From: Azolla caroliniana
Taxonomy: Eukaryota; Plantae; Polypodiophyta
Direction of reading: 5' to 3'
Assembly: GCA_043228905.1 (NCBI GenBank)
Contig: JBHGNT010000002.1
Location: 434,001 to 498,000, forward strand
DNA: 64,000 nucleotides
Shown: piece after piece, positions 1 through 14,280 of the stretch
How positions within the stretch are numbered: position 1 is the stretch's first letter
Layout: every line of letters starts with the position of its first letter
Position numbers and translations under genes: made by a program
Notes under the pieces: generated by a model
Database searches by the model: none
Told to the model about the DNA's origin: nothing
The model's input: only the letters and a program-made list of their open reading frames with translations

Positions 1-1600
1 GAGGCCTTAAAGGCTTGATGGGATATTCTATCATGTGGTTGGTTATGTACTCTGTGGATAACGACTACAAGTTGAAAAAGTGCCTCAGCCCTAATAATGT
101 CATGTGGTACTGTCGATTTGCTTCGAAGTCTCTCTAATTGCATCCACATGAAAGATGGTAGTCTTGGAGCCCAAACCACTGATGCATACATAAGGGAGGG
201 AGTCACTAATGAGTCAAAGAGCCACCCTTTAGTCAGTGGCTCTTGAAAGTATGCTTGATGGCATTGTCTCTTGAGGAGTGAGAGGGATGCATGTCCTCTC
301 GTAAGTCTATCCTTTACTGCTTGTGTCATCGAAAATTTACCTGAGCAGGCATTGAAAGTGACTCCGAGATAGACATATGATCCAACCACCTCAATTGGGC
401 TATGGGAGATAGTTATGTGACCCTTAGCTCTAACTTGGGCCGATGTGTGGAAGATAAGGACTTTAGTTTTCCCTAGATTCACTGCCAATCCTCGTTGTGC
501 GCAAAAGTCATCTAAGGCATTAAGGTGCCTTTGTAGGTCATGTTCGGATTCCATGACCTATCATAATGGTCCTACATGTATTTGGGTCCATGGGGTTCCC
601 CCTTTTATGTATGGGGGCCACTGTGTTCATAGTCCATTGTGGTGGAAAACCCTCCGCGAGGGCATGATTCAAGATTAGAGTTAGCAAGGGAGTTAGGCAC
701 TCTCTCGCATATATGATGTGTTTTGCTCGCAATCCTATGTGGTCCATGGACTTCCTATGTTGTAATTTCTTTATGACCTTCACGACCCTAGAGGTTGCGA
801 AAAGTGTCCCCACCGTAGGTCGGGGTGTAGAAGGCATTGGAATGGGTGGTTGGTTTGGGATTTGGTAAAGTCTCTCTGTATATGTGTGCCAGGTTTTGGG
901 ATCTTCGATGGGTGTTTGTGGTCTTGGTTCCCGTAATCTCTTCCATGCAGTGGCGCAATCGCTACTCATGAGCATATGGTAGAGTTCCTAATATTGGGAT
1001 GCCTCCCATGCTCGTCTCTTACGACGTGTCATCTTGCGCATTTCTTTGCAAGCTTGTATTGAGGTAATACTACCACTGAGTTGCGATATTGTAAGTTGTC
1101 TATGTAAGTTCCAACAATCCTCATCATACCATCTATTTTGTGGCATAGATCCTAATCTACCTTGATTGGAGTGTTTCGTATATGGGAAACTACTAACTGT
1201 TGCGGAGTGAAGGATGTGTGTGAGTTTCGTACTAAGGCTCTCTAAAGGTAGGGAGGGATCAAGGGAGGAGAGATGGGCTTGAACACGTTGAGAGTATATG
1301 TCAGAGAGCTCATGTGTGAAATGTATTGTGGTGTGATGGCGTGGTTGACTAGATTCGGTGATGTTAGAGATATCGCATTTTAGCTCGAAGTATAAGACAC
1401 TATGGTCCACGCCAATAGGGCATGGGGCCACCCGGAAGGAGTTAATCATGTGGGTAGTTTCAGGGCGTCCTATTAGATAATCAGTTGTGCTTTCCCCTGC
1501 TCCATGTGGGAAACACGTGAGCTCTTTCGAGTTTGGCCACTTGGCTAAACTACTATACATATATGACCATCTGGTGGCGACTGCCAAGTTCGAGCAAATG
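1..1600 (-). mobile_element. Decayed LINE (non-LTR retrotransposon) ORF2 fragment, RT core deleted
   Basis: ORF 988-1842 has the APE endonuclease C-terminal motifs 'STTDYLI' and 'DHSVL'. ORF 538-975 has the pre-RT motif 'PIHKRGNPMDPNTCRTIMIGH'. This joins directly to late-RT 'LNALDDFCAQRGLAVNLGKTKVLIF', then 'YLGVTF' and 'LMYASVVW'. Confidence 0.8.
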
Positions 1601-1769
1601 ATGGAGAGAAAGAGAGAGAGAGAGCTCCTAGAAGAATGAGCAAAGCCAAGGAAGGAAGTTAATAAGAAATAGTTTGTACATACATATCTATTATATGTGT
1701 ATTGTTTGGGCTTATGATGAGGAGAGGGGCTGAACACTAAAACTAAGGCTCTTCTTGTCAGAGTCCGAG

Positions 1770-1771
<2 letters not shown>

Positions 1772-1811
<40 letters not shown>
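1772..1811 (+). repeat. (GA)n microsatellite abutting the SDR start codon
   Basis: Perfect AG run ending at the ATG at 1812. Confidence 0.95.
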
Positions 1812-1817
<6 letters not shown>

Positions 1818-2663
1818 TCCTCATCCCTTTCTGCCCCTGCACAGGAGGAGGATCTAGCAGGACGAGTGGCCATAGTCACAGGTGGGTCCCGCGGGATCGG
1901 GCGAGAGGTATGCCTACACTTAGCACAACACGGCGCCTCTGTGGTAGTATGCTATGCAGGAGACGCGCAAGCAGCATCAGACGTCCTGGGCCTCATCAAT
2001 ACGCAGACACAAACACAAACGGATGTGGCAGGCGGACAAGAAGAAGAGCAGAAGGCAAAGGTGAAGGTGAAGGTGAAGGCGATAGCTGTGAAGGGCGACG
2101 TGTCGAAAGAGGCGGATGTAAAGGCCATTTTCGATGCTGCAATTCAAGCCTTTGGCCATGTCAACATCGTCATAAATCTGGCTGGCATTCTTCTAAGTAG
2201 CTACCCCAGCTTAGAGCAGACCTCCTCAGAAGATTGGGAGCGAACCATGTCGGTGAACGCCACCGGAACATTCCTGGTCCTTAAAGAGGCTGCCCAACGA
2301 ATTGTGGCAGGAGGCAAAGGTCGTATTGTGACCACAAGCTCATCTATGGTGCATGTCCTGAAGCCCGGCTACGGGGCCTATGTGGCCAGCAAGGCAGCCG
2401 TCGAAACCTTAACTAAAATCATGGCCAAGGAATTGAGAGGTCGTCGCATAACAGCCAATTGTGTGGCACCAGGCCCAGTGGCCACAGACATGTTTTATGC
2501 TGGGAAAGATGAGGCACTCGTGGAGAGCTTCAGGGATGCGCCTCCATTGCAACGCCTGGGCACCCCTCAGGACATCGCACCTCTTATCTTATTCCTGGTC
2601 AGTGATGCTGGAGAATGGGTGAATGGGCAGGTCATTCGAGCCAACGGTGGATTGGCCATATGA
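1812..2663 (+). CDS. Intronless classical short-chain dehydrogenase/reductase (NADPH-dependent aldehyde reductase-like / FabG-like)
   Basis: Motifs TGGSRGIG, NLAG, YVASK (YxxxK), ANCVAPGPVAT and GQVIRANGG. The true ATG is at 1812; the upstream EREREs in the ORF track are the (GA)n repeat. Confidence 0.93.
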
Positions 2664-5088
2664 TATGATATGATATGACACATCTCATACATACATCCAT
2701 ATAGCTCTTGTGCTAGTCAACCTCATTTTGTCTTTATAGTAAGTTAACGCCAGATATTTTGGCTCTATAATAAGTTAATGTCACGACGTTTTCCATGCTT
2801 ATGCTAGGTTCTATGTATGTATAGGCAAACATATTTTGATTTCATGATATTGGATTTCTGTCTACGACTTTTATCTCTTTTGTAATTAACTAAAGCATGA
2901 ATCTGAAATATGGCATTCCATTCTGATGGTCACTCCCTTTTTGCATGCTACTTATGATTCCTTCCATGATCCAGTGTCAATTTCTGATGGATGGTGAACA
3001 AAATGAAATCCACATTGGAGCCAGTAAAATTTCTGTAATTGAATGTTGGCCACACCATACATGGCAATGAAAAGGACATGGTCTTTCTGCCAAAACCACG
3101 ATGTGAAATGCACAAATTTATCTCACATTCTAAGGAAAGCCCACCTAGTGAAACATGGTGGGACAAAGAAATCATACTCTAACTCAATAGTTTGAGTAAG
3201 CAAATCCATTCATACATGGAAATTGTAACACATGTTGAGTGAAGATACAAATTGCTAGTGCAGGAGACAAGAAAGGGTTAATTCAATAAGTAAAGATTAA
3301 TTCAATACATGGGTATGGATTGTCTCATGAATTGAAAACTAAATGACTCATTTTTGGAACATAATTGTCATGAGAAAGATACTAGGGAAAGGAGACAGAA
3401 GACATGACTTATGCAAGGGAACCCAAAAAATACTCATGTTTTGTGTTTGAATTTTCCACTTGGCTTCTATGGCTTGAAAGTAAAGACTTATGCTTTGATG
3501 CCTTCTAAATTTTACAAATCTTTGCATAGTAACAAAAGTGACAACATGAGGATTGGAGCCCCTCTAAATCTCATTGTCATCTTCATTGGTTTAGTACTTT
3601 GCCAAGTCTTGTGTACCCTCAAACATGTTCCAAGTTCTTTTACCTTCTTATTGTGGTTTTAATAATAAAATCTTTGAAAATGACTATCGACTCTTGACAT
3701 TGACAAGAATGTAGAAATGAATTATGCAAGCTCACGTCGAGAGATGTAACTAGTGAAGAATTCTATATTATGCTAAGCTCAACCACACACAAGTCATAAG
3801 TTTGGTAGCAAGGAAACTAGAACTAATTCAAATAATAGACTTATTGTCCCGACTCCCAAATTAGAATAGGCTCTAGTGTCACTTAAACGAGACATATACA
3901 TAATTCATCAACGTAATTAAGTAGAGAGAAAAGGCAAAATGTACACCTTAAATCATCTATCCCTTTACAAGGTTATTATATTGATTTATAGACTATAGGG
4001 GTTAGGGTTATGGCCATGACACATGTAGGGTGGGATGCAATCATTGCTTGCTCCTCAAAGTGGGTTCTATATTAAGTAAATATCATATTATATGACCCGT
4101 AATTGGGTTCTTGTGCATGACTCCATTTAAGTATATTCCTACCTATTCATAAAGGTGTCTTGGCTCCTTAACGAGGTATTTTACATCATCGACATCCAAT
4201 CGTACAAACCAACCAAGAAAGCCTACTTAAGTTGTTTGGCGAATTCCTTTACTCTTTGGGAGGTTATGTTTTCCACATGTTGGGATCTAAGTTAATCATA
4301 CGCTATACCATAAGAAGTTTAATTGCTAATACTTTAATATAGTTGTGTGAGGCATTTGTTTCGTCTTCCTCTTAACTATTGTTCAAGTACTTAGACTTGT
4401 GTGCTATGTTTTGAGCTATCCATTGGGCTTTTGTGACAATACTCATGCCTAATTTAGACAATACAACAAACAACAAAATCCCACTAGCCTACCCAATGTA
4501 TACTTCTCTATGCAAAAAGGTACATAGTGCTCATGGCCACAACTAGGTAACATGGCCTCCCATTGGAACTACGCAATTAACATGGTGTATAGAGAGGACA
4601 GATGGTTTGTTGGTCTACTAGGTCCTAGTAATGTCATAATGTACTAGATTCACGTTTTAGAGCATAATACTCCAACTTGGTCATACGCTAGCTAACAATG
4701 TGGGGACACAAGCAATTAAAACTTCTCTATGGTCATGAGTGTGATTCTCAACATATATAGAGGATATATGTTGTCATCTATTTCTATCTATTGTGAAAAA
4801 ATTGTCTTGTGCTTACTATCCTCCTTGTTATAGGCTATATTACTGAGATAGTAGGGGATTTAGGATCTTGAACTTCCTTCCATGAGGCAAGAAGTCTCCC
4901 CTTGAAGTTCATATGTGCACCTCTCTACAAAATGAAGCATGTGTGCCATAGTTGTGGTTCGGTGGTATATGGTTATTGGTTTGAAACAATTTTTGGCAAC
5001 AATGGTCAACCGAGCCACTTCAAGTATTAGAGCTTGTTGAGGAGTAACAATGATCTATGCCATAGAGTAGAGATCTTGCATGTGCACG

Positions 5089-5134
<46 letters not shown>

Positions 5135-6581
5135 ACGGTGATGTTCAATTAGTAATCGTTTATGGTTCGGTTCAGCTGAGGAGTGTCAAAGGCAAACCTT
5201 TTACCAAATTGAACCGTGAAGTATAAACCATTTGAGGGATTTTAAGCTCAAACCAAACACATTAACATATTTATAAAGTGGTAAGACATTAACTCATGGT
5301 TTAGCTATTTGGTTTTGACTCAAATTGAATTATTAAAAGGGTTATTTTTTTTTAAACTCTAGAAAGAATATTCTATCAATTGTTGCTCATTTTTTGCTTT
5401 GTCATTGTACAAATCTCTTCCCAATTATAGTGATGACCAAATGCCATCATAATTCTTCAATGGCATTGTATCTCATATGTACTCCCTCAAGGTTCAAAGG
5501 TGCCGCCTTTAGGGATGACCACCTACCCTTGTTCTAACAAACATGTAAGGGGGTCTTTGTGAAGACATCTAATCCTTGTTTTGGCATAACTGACTATAAA
5601 GCCAAAGGTAATGCAAAATAAGCATCGAGAGTGCATCCATGTAAGGTTACTGATGTTGAAGAAAATAAATTCATTTAGGCTTGTCCACAATAGGCCCACA
5701 TACTATTATTTTCATGTATAGAGTGTCAAGCTTCCATTGACTTGTGGAATCAATATACATATGACGAAGGCGAAGGTAGAAAAGGGGGACATTATGGGTG
5801 CATGTGAAGAAGATGTCATGATACCAAAGGGGAAGGTTGAGGTGGGATAGGAATGAATAATGCTCATCAACTCGTGATATGCAAGAACTAGAGGATTTAT
5901 TCATATGCTTAGAAGAGAATACTTCTAGTGAAGCTCTTAGATAAGTGTGTGGTAGTACATATAGCGCGATTCCTTTTCGAATGTTCATAATATATAACCC
6001 TAACGTTTGTAGTGCAGAGTTCATAACTTTAGATGCGATATAATTTCCTTGTCAAAAGCACAATGGGTTTCTCGCCTTTGAATTGCAAGGACTGCAAATA
6101 GTTCCCCGCATAATTAATTGCCTGCTTTCTTATTCCAAGAATATACATAGTGTGGATTTTCAATTATTAACATCATCAGCCCATGTACAGATAGGTAGCA
6201 GTTTTCTGATTTCTTCTTTATTTTTTTTACTCCTAAAATTTTATCTCTCCATCCCATACAAACATACATACATATACTTACGTACATATATGATATAATA
6301 TACTATTATAATACGTACATTTATATATGTATGTATATGTATGTACGTGTGTGTGCGTATGTTTTTATTTACAACTGAATAATTATGGTAGAAAGGACTT
6401 TTGTTTTGGGGGAATGTAAGTAAGTATCCATGGGATCGATCATATGTCCTTCCTTGCTAGCAAACTGTGGAGCCAAGCTTTTCTCAAGAGAAGGAAAAAA
6501 TAAGGTGAATGCCACCACGTGTCTCATCGTATGTATATGATGATGATGATGATCATCATCATCATCATGGTGAACCAGATA

Positions 6582-9500
6582 CTAGAAGTTCTCTTTGTGG
6601 AACTCAAATCTTGTGCTAGAAGAATGGTTGTAGGTCTTGACTAGATTTTCCAGTTCCTTGGCAACCATCAATGGGCCACAATAGAAGACTCCTAATTTGG
6701 CAACAGAGAAATGTTACAATGTAAGAAAAGAAAACACATTCCAAGTTGACCTAATCCAGCCTAACGTCTTAGTTGGAGAGCCCTGAAATGATTGAGATCA
6801 ATGGTGCATACATACCAATGGTAGATCCTTTGTGGATATTTGCAACCCGGGAAAATACTTTCTTCCAATTTGGTCTGGCAAAGTGGGTCCTCACCTGCCC
6901 ATACATATAATACATAGAAAGATCAAAGATCAGGCATTATTATGTATAATAAGCTAAAGTTGTTATTCAGCAACAGGTTTGTTAACAAGCTCACCCTCGT
7001 TCCTGAAACGATGTCCACCCCATTCTTGGCATGATGCAAACTTTGAATCATCATGATGAGTGCTGATCTAGCATCACCATCCTCATAAACACTCGTCAAA
7101 TAATTGTGCATCTCAATGACCGCCTGAAATATGTAAGAGAACCATATGCACTACTCCAGTTACTAGTTAGGCCTTGGATAATAATGTCCATCCTTTAAAA
7201 TGGACTTCACCTTAAGGAGCCATCCTTCCCCTTGGACGTACATAAAATTAATGTACATACATATAATGGATGCAAACTATTACCCAAAATTCTGATAATA
7301 AAAATAAAAGGAATTGATAGTACCTGGTTATCTTTCTCGGCTACCTCATCCATCACCCCACGAAACCATTCAAAAGAGCCTTGTTCCCTCGTAACCCAAT
7401 AGAAGTAAGCATTTGTCGGACAACGGTATTTCTTGTTTTTCTTCACATTATATGTGCATCCTTCTGAAGACGACTTCGTAGTGCTAGCAGTTTCCAAAGA
7501 GTTGATGCTCGAGTTGGAGCTGAAATTTGAAGTACAGCTATTACTTGAATCCTACAAAATATAAATCCTATGAATCAAATCCTATAGGAATTTGAAATGG
7601 TAAAAGGTTAAACTACTACAATACTTTTATATGGCATAAATTCAATATTGTAGCATGGCTTAGATCAAGAGTGAAGGGCCTCCAACATGTGTAGACGAGT
7701 GCTGATCTGCAAGCTTTATGTTATACAACATGTTCTTCAAAATACTGATGAAAGGGGTTGCTCCAATACCCAGTCCAACAAGCAAGAGCACATCATACTT
7801 CTTATAGTCCTGTGCTGGAGCCCCATAAGGTCCATCTATTCGAAGTCTTGGAAATCTGAAACCATGCCAGACAATGGAAAAGTTGTTATGTTTTATGAGG
7901 TTCAAACAATAGATGGATCATAGCCTTGTACAAGTTAACAATTTATGGGATTGGGATCATGGCGGAGTAAGGATCAGGTTTAGATTGCATGCTTTTTTTA
8001 TACATAATTCATTGAGCATGGATCACAATGTGAGGCCCAAAGAAAGACCTACAATATTCACAGCATTACTATGCCACTACCTAATGGCAGAAGTGGGAAG
8101 AAGCAAATGCAAAATACGAATATATACTCAACTGCCTAAATTTGTTATCCAAGACGGAAATGTCACATATATAGAGAGATCATAGCATAGAACACATGTG
8201 ATGCCTAGTGTTACCTGATTTCTACTCCAATTTTGCTTTCAGCGCTTAGCAACCCACTTTTGCCAGGAACTAGAGGAGGCTCCATCATCTATGTAAATAG
8301 CTCAATTTTAGTTTTAAATGCTTCACTGAAACAATGCTGTCAAGGAAATCCTCACCTCTGAGAAGATTCTCTTCATTTCCAGTGTCCAATCCCCACAAGT
8401 CCTAATATGAACACTTAGGACATCATCTCCTGGAGCAGAGGTAAGGGAGAAAGGATGCCTGCATGTTTAGAACCAGATATTAACAGGCATACTATTATAT
8501 CCTCATAGTAACTTATGATTCTGAAAGAAGAAGAATGGAAGAATCTCTCTAACCACTCAAAGGGTGAAACATCTGGGCACTGCAAGAATGTGTACATGCC
8601 ACTCTTGTATTTGAAACCAGGAGGCTTTGTCATATGGAGGGCTAATACATTCCCAGGATAAACAGCAGCCTACAATATATTATGAATTAAGAAGGAATTT
8701 CCATTAAGCAACGCCTTCCTGACTTCGACTTGTAATTTACAGCGTATAAATATAAGAACTGAGCCACCTTAACCACGGTGACAGTGTAATAACCAGCTCG
8801 CAATGTTCTCAGAATGCGCTCGCCCATATATAGAAGAACTGGAACAGCCAAATACATCCATGTCTGTTTTATTTACTCCATAACATTAGTCAATGGCCTC
8901 CTCTTAATTATTCTGAATAAAGATAGAATCATGTGATTAATCTAGATTCTTTAAATCATTCAACTTGGAGTGTAATTACTTAAAACCGTGTCTATTTCCC
9001 ATTGGCTGTGTTCATCACTAAAGCAAGACTCGTGTCATTAGTCTCTTCTCCAACTGTCGTTACCTCAATGTAGACCTATTAAGAACTTTTGTGTAATTGG
9101 GCTTGGCTGTGTTATGAGATTCTCGATCCAATTTAATTGGAATGGGTAATAGTACATGAACCACAGCCCCAGCCCCATGATTGATCGTCATTAATCTCTA
9201 GAAACTATAGGGTTGCTAACTTTTTCTCTTGCTCATACGTCGCTAACTAACATGCCAGCTTCATTGTGCAAAAGCTCGTGTCATCTTACCGTTTTCTGCC
9301 TCCAGTCGTGATTGAGGTACAGATATTGAGAATGAAGGATGAGAAGCACGTAGAGGATGGCGAAGAGGTGATGTGAATACCAAAACGCATTGAATCCTGT
9401 CATTCTGTGCAGAGGCCATGGGAGCTTCACCAAGTTCCTCCTGAACCACCTGGAAGCTAGAACAAAGGCAATAACCATGAGAAGCACCATGACCACGCCG

Positions 9501-12500
9501 GTCACACCCTCGACGCCCTTCACCAAGTCCGCATATGTTGGTTTAATGTAGCCAAAGTCGGAGCCTAAATACTTGTCGAAGGTTTCATTGTCGCTGCCGA
9601 TCAAGCGAGGGAAGTCACAGGCCATGTGAATCCCGGCATGCAACATTACCCCAACACCTAGTGCAACAGCAATGGCCTGCAAAACAATAAATTATATATC
9701 TAGTCCATGTATTCTCAATCAATCAATTACATACCTATATAGTTCATGATTCTATGGTATGAGAGGTTTGTGACATAAAAAATAAACTAAACTGTGGGCT
9801 ATATACATTATATATATACCTTGTGGAAATTGATGTTGTCATCGAAAGGAAGGATTGAACTCAGAAATGTTGATCGCAGCCATGTGATGGAGTTTCTGCA
9901 AACAGGAAGGAGGATGAGAGCCATATTGAGCTTCAAGGTTTCTGCAGCACCTTTGGCAGTGCAAACACAATAGCCCATTATTTGGAAAGATGTCCTCTGC
10001 CTATACTGCAAGAACTTCCATGTGAATAGCCCAACCATAGCCACAATCCAAAGCCCCATTACCCACCAACGTTGCCAATTCTCGTCCAAAGCATATACCA
10101 CTGCCATAGACATCCTGTGAAAGGCATTCCTTCTCTTCCTTGCTGTCACCACCGACGTCTGGCTTAGGGTTTGGCTATAGTTATTGGGCGCAGTATCTTG
10201 TCCACATAGGTTATTGCAATCTTGTTCTTGAAGCAAAGCCTCAAATTGCCAAAGCTGCAATTGATTCATATTTATGGGTGGGTATAATGATTGATTCTGG
10301 GATAATCAGAAATTATGACAGAAAAGATGAGATGATTGATAACTCCATATTAAGGAAATTACACACACTCATGTTACCTCTATATAACCAAGATTATCAG
10401 GATCAAGCTCTTCCATTATCAATGCTGCATATTCGTCTGCTTGGTCTCTAAGCTTTGACAAATTGTTGGCAGAAGCACTCAAGGCGATGACCTACATACA
10501 TACATGTTAGAGCATAAACCAACGACGGAATCAGAATCAAATAGAACTAACTAGTCACAAATAGTTTTAAGAAACTAAGTACATCATGGTACTAACTAAT
10601 TTATATTCTCTCTCACCTCCTTCACCTCTTCTTCTGTGATTCGTCCATCCGCATTCTTATCACACCTGTGCATTTTGTGTTCATCCCAAAGAGGAGTTGC
10701 ATCGAAGATTAAATGAAATGAGCTAGAAAAAAACATCGTACTTGGCGGTTATCATAACATACAGAAATTGTCCCTTACATGTCGAAGAAAATCTGTATGC
10801 GCGAACCGAAGGTTTGATCGGAGATCTGAATCCAAAAGTCTCGTAATTCTTCCAACGTTATAAATTGCAGCATGACACCTTGTCTTCGAGCCAATGCATC
10901 AAATAGCTCGCATGCAAATTCATGAGAATCTTTCATTCCTGCACATAGGGATCGATTTTTTTAATGTTTATCAAGCAAATCAAACTTGGACGAATTCCTG
11001 GCTAAAATACACAAGCAATTCAATGAAAATTTATTTCCGTGGGTCAACCGTATGTTCCATCCACTGAGGATTAAGCTGAATATCCCTGGAACATGTTGCC
11101 GTAACATCCACTGAGGTTACGCTGAATATCCTCCGTGGATATTAAACTTATGCCCCATGAATATTAACATTATGTCTCACGGCATTAAAGCTTGAGCTCC
11201 ACAGTTATGTTCCCTGGATAATAAGCCTATATGCTCCATGGCCATTCAGCTTATAAGCCTATGTTCTATGGCAGTCCAGATGATGTACTTCCATTGATGT
11301 TCAGCTTTTGCTCCATGCTTATTCACCTCATCCTTCGGTGGTGATTAAGCAAATCAAGCTCTCAGAGCTGTTCTGCTAATAGCTTTGGCAATGATCCTAA
11401 CCCAGATCCCATAGATGTTATGACACGGGCATCAAATGGATGGATTATATCGATTGAATCTTACCAATGCAGTAGCCGAAATCACACCGAGAGATGAGGC
11501 CATCAGAAGAAGCGAGCTCATAAAAACGATTCTCAACATCCTTCCATTGAGCAGCCAAATCACTCTCGGTGGTTTTACTGATGAATCGAAGGCTCTCTAG
11601 AGCAAATTCTGTGCAGCTTGACTTGCATCTACCCAAGTATAAATTTGTAGAATCTAACTTGGAGTCGTGTGCAGAGAGATCAGTAGCCAAATTAGTAGTA
11701 CTTATGTTGATCATGTTATTATTAGCAGAATCAGTCGGGGAATCATGGAAAGCTGGATTTGTAGAAAAAAGTAAGGCTTTGCTACTGTTGTTGCTATCGT
11801 TATAGGTAGTACTACTACTACTATGGTTCCCATCGACGTAATTAGCGCTAGAGTTATGATGAGCACAGAGATTAGACTTCAACATAAAGTCTTTATTCGT
11901 TAATAATCTCTGCGGCGCGGTGTAACTACTACTACAACTACTACTGCGTTTGGAGTCTGTGAAGAGCTCTTGCGATTTTCGCTTCACGTGTTTACACAGA
12001 TTTAGAAGGCGTGAGGAGGAGCCTACTTTCTTCATATTCTCCCCCGACGACTCTTGCTGCACCAGATTCTGGCGACGATTGGGATACTCATCAATTATAT
12101 TATAGGGTCCTGAAGAAGAAGAAGAAGAAGTTTCTATTCCTCTCAGGAGCACTGAATCGTCTCTCACATCCAATGTTTTCTCTACCGTGTCTACTGTTTC
12201 TGAGGCGGCTCCTTCTTGCATTGCCATCGCTTCTTCTGCACATTTCCATGGAAGCGCTATTCTGCTGCTGTGATTTAAAGCATCTCTAGATGTAATGTTG
12301 CAGAAATCAGCGACGCTTCCCTGCTGCAACTCACAGGGAGAACGCCTTACTAATGTTCCCCCTTCTTCTTCCCCTGGCTTTCTCACAGCGATTGTATCGT
12401 GAAGCTTCCATGAAAGCGCTCCGCCCATAGATATATAATAATCATCTCTTTCACTGTTGCGGATATCATAACTTCCATGTCCATGAACAACATTGAACTT

Positions 12501-12716
12501 GTCAGAAGACCTTGCATCTCCTTCTTTCATTGTTGTCATTTTGGCAACATCCTGAAGCTTCCAAGGAAGCCCCCTGTAATCATCATCTAGGCTAGATGTC
12601 TTATTGCAGAAATCAAAATCAACTGTACTGTTTCCCTGCAAATTATCGCCGGGGGCGAGACGACTATTTATATCTTCTGATCCACCTGCCGTGGTAACAG
12701 AAATATGATGTTGCAT
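6582..12716 (-). CDS. RBOH: Respiratory burst oxidase homolog (RBOH, plant NADPH oxidase), 15 exons
   Basis: GT-AG exons read by eye: 12716-11465, 10938-10779, 10665-10617, 10491-10378, 10254-9820, 9676-9290, 8863-8768, 8669-8554, 8458-8356, 8288-8215, 7855-~7697, 7551-7324, 7123-6995, 6894-6816, 6691-6582. Motifs: EF-hand [78 protein letters not shown], and C-terminal FEFHKENF*. Confidence 0.96.
11040..11335. repeat. Degenerate short tandem repeats in RBOH intron 1 (possible DNA-transposon subterminal remnant)
   Basis: Two copies of 'catccactgagg.tta.gctgaatatcc' and several ~25-bp units like 'aagcctatatgctccatgg'. Confidence 0.5.
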
Positions 12717-13221
12717 CTTGATCTTCTTTCACAGATATTTTGTGCTAAATCCGATTACAAGTGGGCATGAATTTGGGTCCTTATCAGAGATTGACTTATA
12801 TAAGTCTGCGAGAATTCTATAACAAAGAGGTTTGTGATGGAAGCTTATAGTTAATGTCGATCTTCCTCGTCTTCTTCGACGGTGATCAGTCTGCGAAGAT
12901 TGGAAGGTAAGAACCGAATCCAGGCTTGCTGTGTGATCAATGGCGTGGGAATGGAAGCTTAATATAGCTGAACTGTGCTTCTTTCAAAAGAGAAGCAGAT
13001 AGGAAACGTAAAGAGGAAAAGGGGGAGAGTAATTGGAAGGAGAAGAAATGTTACAATTGTGGATGAATGAGTGGTGAGTGCATTGTAGGTAATTAATTAC
13101 GTCAAAAAATCTGAGATTTCTTCGTCATAAATCAAAAAGCTTGGGGGTGACAGACAGCGGCATACGCACTTAACTTTGCTTAAGAGGGACAAATTGGAAA
13201 TATGCATGCATGGATTATATA

Positions 13222-13243
13222 AATATATATATATATATATATT

Positions 13244-13277
<34 letters not shown>

Positions 13278-13348
13278 AATGATGGTTTACAGAAGGAATG
13301 AATGGTTTTGGAAGAGGGAGAGTTAAGATTCGTTATTCAAAATCTAAG

Positions 13349-13387
<39 letters not shown>

Positions 13388-13405
13388 AACATGTATGTAT
13401 GTATG

Positions 13406-13436
<31 letters not shown>

Positions 13437-14079
13437 CTTGTATGCATGGCCTTCCCCGCCCTGCTCACTCTGCTCTGCCATGCGTAGTTTTGGTGTTGGT
13501 GTTTTTTTATTATTTAATACTGGGGACTTAACTTAAACCTGTTTCCTTTTGATCCCTGGTTTTGTTTAACACTAACTAACTAGGTAAGCAAGTTAGTTAT
13601 GTATGCTCATTGTTAGTTAATGAGTTGTCATAAGCCCCGCGCTGCTTTTTATTTGAAGTAGTAGTAGCTGCGAAGAAGAAGAAGAAGAACTGCTTTTTAT
13701 TTGAAGTAGTAGTTAGTAGCTGCGAAGAAGACGAAGACGGATGATGCTGATGATCATTGATGATCATTGATGAAGGATGGATGGGAGGGCTTCTTTATGT
13801 TTATTAAGTATTTTTCTCGTTTTGGTTTCTAAGTTTTTACAATATTTGCTGATACGCCACACCCACATTACATTACATTCTCTCAAAGCCTCTCTCTCAC
13901 TCTCATTTCTTTGTGCTGCTGTTGTTTACATTTTATCTCTTTTCTCAACTGTGTGTCTGTAAATTAATATTATGTATGTATGTATGTATGTATGTATTCA
14001 GGTACATACATACATACATACATGGTGTCAATTCTTTTGTTGTGTTGTGTACTTCTCTTCCCTTTGAAGCGTGGGCTGC

Positions 14080-14144
<65 letters not shown>

Positions 14145-14280
14145 CTGGACAGACACCGGATTTAACTCCAACTGCGTTGCATTGCTTTATTTACAGCCAA
14201 AGCCACTTCTTTCCCATCCCAGAAGAGACAGATGGGTACCTACTACCCACTCCCCCCCCCCCCCCCAAAAAAAAGAAAAA
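13222..14280. repeat. Microsatellite-rich region upstream of RBOH: (TA)n, (GA)n, (CT)n(CA)n, (ATGT)n, poly-C
   Basis: Runs directly visible at ~13222-13273, 13349-13433, 13972-14022, 14087-14140 and 14252-14266. Confidence 0.9.

Noticed and set aside
1812-2663. SDR as a recent bacterial horizontal transfer
   Set aside because: Similar SDRs exist in other land plants, so a lack of introns alone is not evidence without a phylogeny.
2950-6060. Possible old retroelement debris (e.g. 'FIDYRGL' near 3985-4005)
   Set aside because: Only isolated motif-like words with no consistent order or strand; cannot be classified by eye.
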